In this document: piece by piece, positions 60,259-64,000 of the stretch
Numbering within the stretch: the stretch's first letter is position 1
How the letters are laid out: each line of letters opens with the position of its first letter
Source of the DNA: Thermoanaerobaculia bacterium
GTDB taxonomy: Bacteria > Acidobacteriota > Thermoanaerobaculia > Gp7-AA8
Length of the DNA stretch: 64,000 nt
Direction of reading: 5' to 3'
Assembly (NCBI GenBank): GCA_036399015.1
Contig: DASWNW010000038.1
Location: forward strand, 122,934-186,933
Translations under genes and position numbers: made by a program
The notes under the pieces: generated by a model
Database searches by the model: none
The model's input: only the letters and a program-made list of their open reading frames with translations
Told to the model about the DNA's origin: nothing

Positions 60259-61611
60259 ATGACACGCGCTCTTCCCGCTCTCGCAGCCCTTTCGCTCTGC
60301 ATTCTCCTCTCCGCCCTCGGCACCAGCATCGCCAACGTCGCGCTGCCGGCGGTCGCGGCGACGTTCGGCGTCTCGATCCAGCAGGTGCAGTGGATCGTGC
60401 TCGCCTACCTGCTGTCGATCACGACGCTGATCGTGAGCGTGGGACGTCTCGCCGATCTCGCGGGGCGGCGCCGCATGCTTCTCGCCGGGATCGCGCTCTT
60501 CGTCGTCGCGTCGATCGCATGCGGCCTCGCCCCGACCCTCGGCGCGCTCATCGCGGCCCGCGCCGTTCAGGGTCTCGGCGCGGCGGCGATGATGGCGCTG
60601 GCGATGCCGTTCGTCGCCGACACGGTGGCGAAGGAAAAGTCCGGCAGCGCGATGGGGCTTCTCGGCACCACCTCCGCCGTCGGCACGGCCCTCGGCCCGT
60701 CGCTCGGCGGAGTCCTGATCGCGCAGCTCGGGTGGCGGGCCGTCTTCCTCGCGCCGGTTCCGCTCGCGCTGCTCGCCGGCGTCCTCGCCTGGCGCACGCT
60801 TCCCGCCGACCGCGCGGTAGCCTCGCAGCGCGAACGCTTCGACGCAGCGGGAACGCTCCTGCTGGCGGTGACGCTGGCCTCGTACGCGCTGGCCATGTCA
60901 GGACGCACGAGTCTCTTCCTCGCCGCGTTCGCCGGACTGGCGCTTTTCATCCGTGTCGAAGCGAAAGCCGAGTCGCCCCTGCTGCGTCTCGAGCTGTTCG
61001 CGGACCGCGCCCGCTCCGCGGCCTTTGCGACGAACGCGCTCGTCACGACGGTGGTCATGGCGACGCTGGTCGTCGGACCGTTCTACCTCGCCGACGCGCT
61101 CGCTCTCGACGCCGCGCGCATCGGGCTCGTGCTCTCCGCCGGTCCGGTCGTCGCGGCGCTCGCCGGCGTCCCTTCCGGCGCGATGGTGGACCGCTTCGGC
61201 ACGCGCCGGACGACGATCGCCGCCCTCGGCATCATGATGACCGGCTGCGCCGTCCTCTCCCAGATGCCCCCGCGATTCGGCATTCCGGGCTATCTCGCGC
61301 CCCTCGTCACCATCACCGCAGGCTACGCCCTCTTCCAGGCCGCGAACAACACGGCCGTCATGGCGGACGTGCCCGGCGATCGACGCGGCGTCGTCTCAGG
61401 CATGCTCAACCTCTCCCGCAACCTCGGCCTCATCACCGGCGCCTCCCTCATGGCCGCGATCTTCGGCGCCGCGGGCATGCGCGTGACATTCGCCGTGGCG
61501 GCGGGTATGGCCGGCCTCGCTCTCGGCGTCGCGTACTGGGAGAACGGGAGAATCAGGCAAGACGTTGGTCGTTCCGTGCAACGGTTTCCGAGGGTCCGGG
61601 CGTTATCTTGA
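60259..61611 (+). CDS. MFS transporter (12-14 TM), divergent from the LysR regulator.
   Basis: The MFS motifs GRLADLAGRRRM and GPSLGG are present. The exact C-terminal extent is uncertain. Confidence 0.75.
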   Translation: MTRALPALAALSLCILLSALGTSIANVALPAVAATFGVSIQQVQWIVLAYLLSITTLIVSVGRLADLAGRRRMLLAGIALFVVASIACGLAPTLGALIAARAVQGLGAAAMMALAMPFVADTVAKEKSGSAMGLLGTTSAVGTALGPSLGGVLIAQLGWRAVFLAPVPLALLAGVLAWRTLPADRAVASQRERFDAAGTLLLAVTLASYALAMSGRTSLFLAAFAGLALFIRVEAKAESPLLRLELFADRARSAAFATNALVTTVVMATLVVGPFYLADALALDAARIGLVLSAGPVVAALAGVPSGAMVDRFGTRRTTIAALGIMMTGCAVLSQMPPRFGIPGYLAPLVTITAGYALFQAANNTAVMADVPGDRRGVVSGMLNLSRNLGLITGASLMAAIFGAAGMRVTFAVAAGMAGLALGVAYWENGRIRQDVGRSVQRFPRVRALS

Positions 61612-61630
61612 TCGACGAAACGGAACCGAC

Positions 61631-62554
61631 ATGGTGAACGAACCTGACACGACCGAACTGGCGAAACTCCTGAGCGCCTACACCCCGTACGACGGTGAGT
61701 TCGCGCTGCGCCTCCCGGGTGTTTTCGCGGTGCGCGTCTCCCAGCGAGGCAGCGAGGCGAGCCACGGCATCCAGCAGCCGGCCGCGTGCCTCGTCGTCAG
61801 TGGCGCGAAGAACGTCCATATCGGGGAGGACGTGTACGACTACCAGGCGGGCGAAGTCGCGGTTTTCTCCGTCGATATCCCGCTCTCCTGGCAGATCACC
61901 CGCGCCAGCCAGTCCGAGCCATACCTGGTCCTCAAAATCGCGCTGCGTGCCGAACGGATCGTGGAGCTCGCGGCGAGGGTGTTCCCTCACGGCGTTCCGC
62001 AGCCGAAGGACAGCCGGGCGCTGTACGTCACCGGCGCGGATGCGCACCTGCTCGATGCGGCGCGACGCCTCGTGGGGTCGATGAGCAACTCCGCGGATGC
62101 AGAGCTCCTCGGGCCGCTGGCCGTCGACGAAATCCTCATCCGTCTGCTCCGGAGCCCGATGGGAAGCCGCATCGCGCAGCTCGGCCAGGCCGAGTCGATC
62201 CTGCATCGCGTCGGGACGGCCGTCGCGTGGCTGCGCGAGAACTTCGACCAGACGGTGAACGTCGACGAGCTCGCGAAGCGCGCGAACATGAGCGGAACGA
62301 ACTTCCACCGGCAATTCAAGCTCGTCACGTCGATGAGTCCTCTGCAATACCAGAAAGCGCTGCGGCTGCAGGAGGCTCGTCGTCTGATGCTGACGCGCAT
62401 GATCGACGCCGGCACGGCGGGCCGCCACGTCGGCTACGCGAGCGCATCGCAGTTCACGCGCGAGTACGGACGTTTCTTCGGCAGCCCGCCCGCGAAGGAC
62501 ATCCAGCGGCTGCGCGAACACGGTCTCGCTGCATCCGAGGCCACACCAAACTAG
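61631..62554 (+). CDS. AraC-family transcriptional regulator with an N-terminal AraC_N-like effector domain.
   Basis: The C-terminal HTH_AraC region is (LAKRANMSGTNFHRQFKLVTSMSPLQYQKALRLQEARRLM). Confidence 0.75.
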   Translation: MVNEPDTTELAKLLSAYTPYDGEFALRLPGVFAVRVSQRGSEASHGIQQPAACLVVSGAKNVHIGEDVYDYQAGEVAVFSVDIPLSWQITRASQSEPYLVLKIALRAERIVELAARVFPHGVPQPKDSRALYVTGADAHLLDAARRLVGSMSNSADAELLGPLAVDEILIRLLRSPMGSRIAQLGQAESILHRVGTAVAWLRENFDQTVNVDELAKRANMSGTNFHRQFKLVTSMSPLQYQKALRLQEARRLMLTRMIDAGTAGRHVGYASASQFTREYGRFFGSPPAKDIQRLREHGLAASEATPN

Positions 62555-62654
62555 CGGCATAGCGACAACAAACGTCACGAGACCTCGGGCAGAAGCGCGA
62601 GTCCAGCGATAGCTCTGCCTCGAATCGAACGCAACCAACGACAGGAGAACCGAA

Positions 62655-63677
62655 ATGCGTGGAGTGATGATGTACACCGCAGGCGACGTACGCGTGGTGG
62701 AGCGTGAGGATCCGAGGATCGTCGCGCCGACGGACGCGATCGTTCGCCTCGCTGCAACTTGTATCTGCGGATCGGATCTGTGGCCGTACCGCGGGATCGA
62801 GCCGGTCGACCATCAGGTCATGGGTCACGAATACGCCGGCATCGTCGAGGAGATCGGCAGCGCCGTGAAGACGATCAAGCCCGGCGACTTCGTCGTCGGC
62901 TCGTTCGTCATCTCCGACAACACGTGCGAGATCTGCCGGTCCGGGTATCCGTCGAAGTGCGTGCACGCGGAGTTCGTTTCCCAGACGATCGGCACGCAGG
63001 CCGAGAAGGCGCGCATCCCGTACGCGGACGGCACGCTCGTGGCGACACCGGGCCCGCCCGATCCGGAGTTGATCCCGTCGCTGCTCGCGGCTTCCGACGT
63101 GCTGGGGACCGGCTGGTTCGCCGCCGTTGCCGCCGAGGCGGGACCGGGGAAGACGGTCGCCGTCGTGGGTGACGGCGCGGTCGGCTTGATGGCGGTGCTC
63201 GCCGCGAAGCAACTCGGCGCGGAACGGATCATCGCCATGTCGCGCCACCCGGAACGGCAGAAGCTCGCCCGTTTCTACGGCGCAACCGACATCGTCGAGG
63301 AACGGGGCGACGAGGGTGTCGCGCGGGTCAAGGAGCTGACGAACGGGCTCGGCGCGCACTCCGTCGTGGAGGCGGTCGGGACGCAGGAGGCGATGATGCA
63401 GGCGATCAACGCCACTCGCGGCGGCGGGCACATGGGGTACGTCGGTGTGCCGTACGAGGCGTCCATCCCCGCACTCCCACTGTTCTTCAGCGGGATTCAC
63501 CTGCACGGCGGCCCCGCGCCTGTGCGCCGTTTCCTGCCGGAACTGATTCAGCTCATCTGGGATCGCAGGATCGACCCCGGCAAAGTCTTCGACCAGACGC
63601 TTCCCCTCGACCGCGCCGCGGAAGGCTACAAGGCGATGGATGAGCGTCGTGCGATCAAAACACTGCTGACGCTGTAA
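62655..63677 (+). CDS. Zinc-dependent alcohol dehydrogenase family (MDR) oxidoreductase.
   Basis: The zinc motifs GHEYAG and C-x2-C-x2-C-x7-C and the Rossmann motif VAVVGDGAVG are present. Confidence 0.85.
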   Translation: MRGVMMYTAGDVRVVEREDPRIVAPTDAIVRLAATCICGSDLWPYRGIEPVDHQVMGHEYAGIVEEIGSAVKTIKPGDFVVGSFVISDNTCEICRSGYPSKCVHAEFVSQTIGTQAEKARIPYADGTLVATPGPPDPELIPSLLAASDVLGTGWFAAVAAEAGPGKTVAVVGDGAVGLMAVLAAKQLGAERIIAMSRHPERQKLARFYGATDIVEERGDEGVARVKELTNGLGAHSVVEAVGTQEAMMQAINATRGGGHMGYVGVPYEASIPALPLFFSGIHLHGGPAPVRRFLPELIQLIWDRRIDPGKVFDQTLPLDRAAEGYKAMDERRAIKTLLTL

Positions 63678-63697
63678 GGACGAATGAGAACCAAACC

Positions 63698-64000
63698 ATG
63701 ACAAACACCATTCGTAACGGATTCAGACAAAGTGCCCTGCTCGTCGGCATGGCGCTCCTCACGGCGTGCGCGGACGTGCAGGAATGGGACAAGACCTTTC
63801 GCCGCAGCGGGCAGGTCGATCATCAGAAGGTCACGTTCAAAAACCGCTATGGCATCACCCTGGCGGCCGACCTGTACCTGCCGAAAAACCGGGGCGGAAA
63901 ACGGCTGCCGGCGCTTGCCGTCAGCGGACCGTTCGGCGCGGTGAAGGAACAGGCCTCCGGTCTCTACGCGCAGGCCATGGCTGAACGGGGATTCGTGACG
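63698..64000 (+). CDS. Lipoprotein alpha/beta-hydrolase family protein, partial (runs off the window).
   Basis: A signal peptide with a lipobox (LLTAC) is present. The ...LPALAVSGPFGAVKEQ.. pattern is typical of dienelactone-hydrolase-like proteins. Confidence 0.45.
   Translation, partial: MTNTIRNGFRQSALLVGMALLTACADVQEWDKTFRRSGQVDHQKVTFKNRYGITLAADLYLPKNRGGKRLPALAVSGPFGAVKEQASGLYAQAMAERGFVT

Noticed and set aside
61553-62677. 374-aa minus-strand ORF.
   Set aside because: It is antisense to the AraC-family regulator 61631-62554, which has a clear HTH_AraC signature.

Overview
This is a high-GC (~70%) bacterial chromosomal window. Several markers suggest an Acidobacteria-like organism, but that is a guess. 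The markers are an acidobacterial-type VWFA protein, a tricorn-like protease and an IPTL-CTERM-like sorting signal. Much of the window is housekeeping. That part includes pgk-gap, mtnA, a panBCD operon, an RNB ribonuclease, mazG, yidD, nth, hutU, sensor kinases, several MFS transporters, and a PstS/OprP phosphate-uptake pair. A tRNA-Pro(CGG) at 18568-18644 is followed by about 6.5 kb of mixed, partly lower-GC genes. These include a hypothetical protein, a PduO-type adenosyltransferase, a RomR-like repeat-containing response regulator, a GATC-dense palindromic array, a lipoprotein, a frameshifted PIN-toxin remnant, a HicB-like antitoxin and a BrnT/BrnA-like pair. The most interesting loci are as follows. 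(1) A candidate LodA/LodB-type cysteine-tryptophylquinone oxidase operon sits at 36065-39441, with a HugZ-like third gene. (2) A 3369-aa surface protein (40242-50351, minus strand) carries about 20 near-identical DUF11-like tandem repeats and an IPTL-CTERM-like sorting tail. (3) Three sequence families of perfect hairpin elements occur, each built from tandem 9-14 bp units. There are six copies, at gene 5' ends or in intergenic DNA. Many long ORFs in the six-frame track are antisense or GC-driven artefacts and were rejected. All functional calls are from motif recognition by eye; no database search was run.
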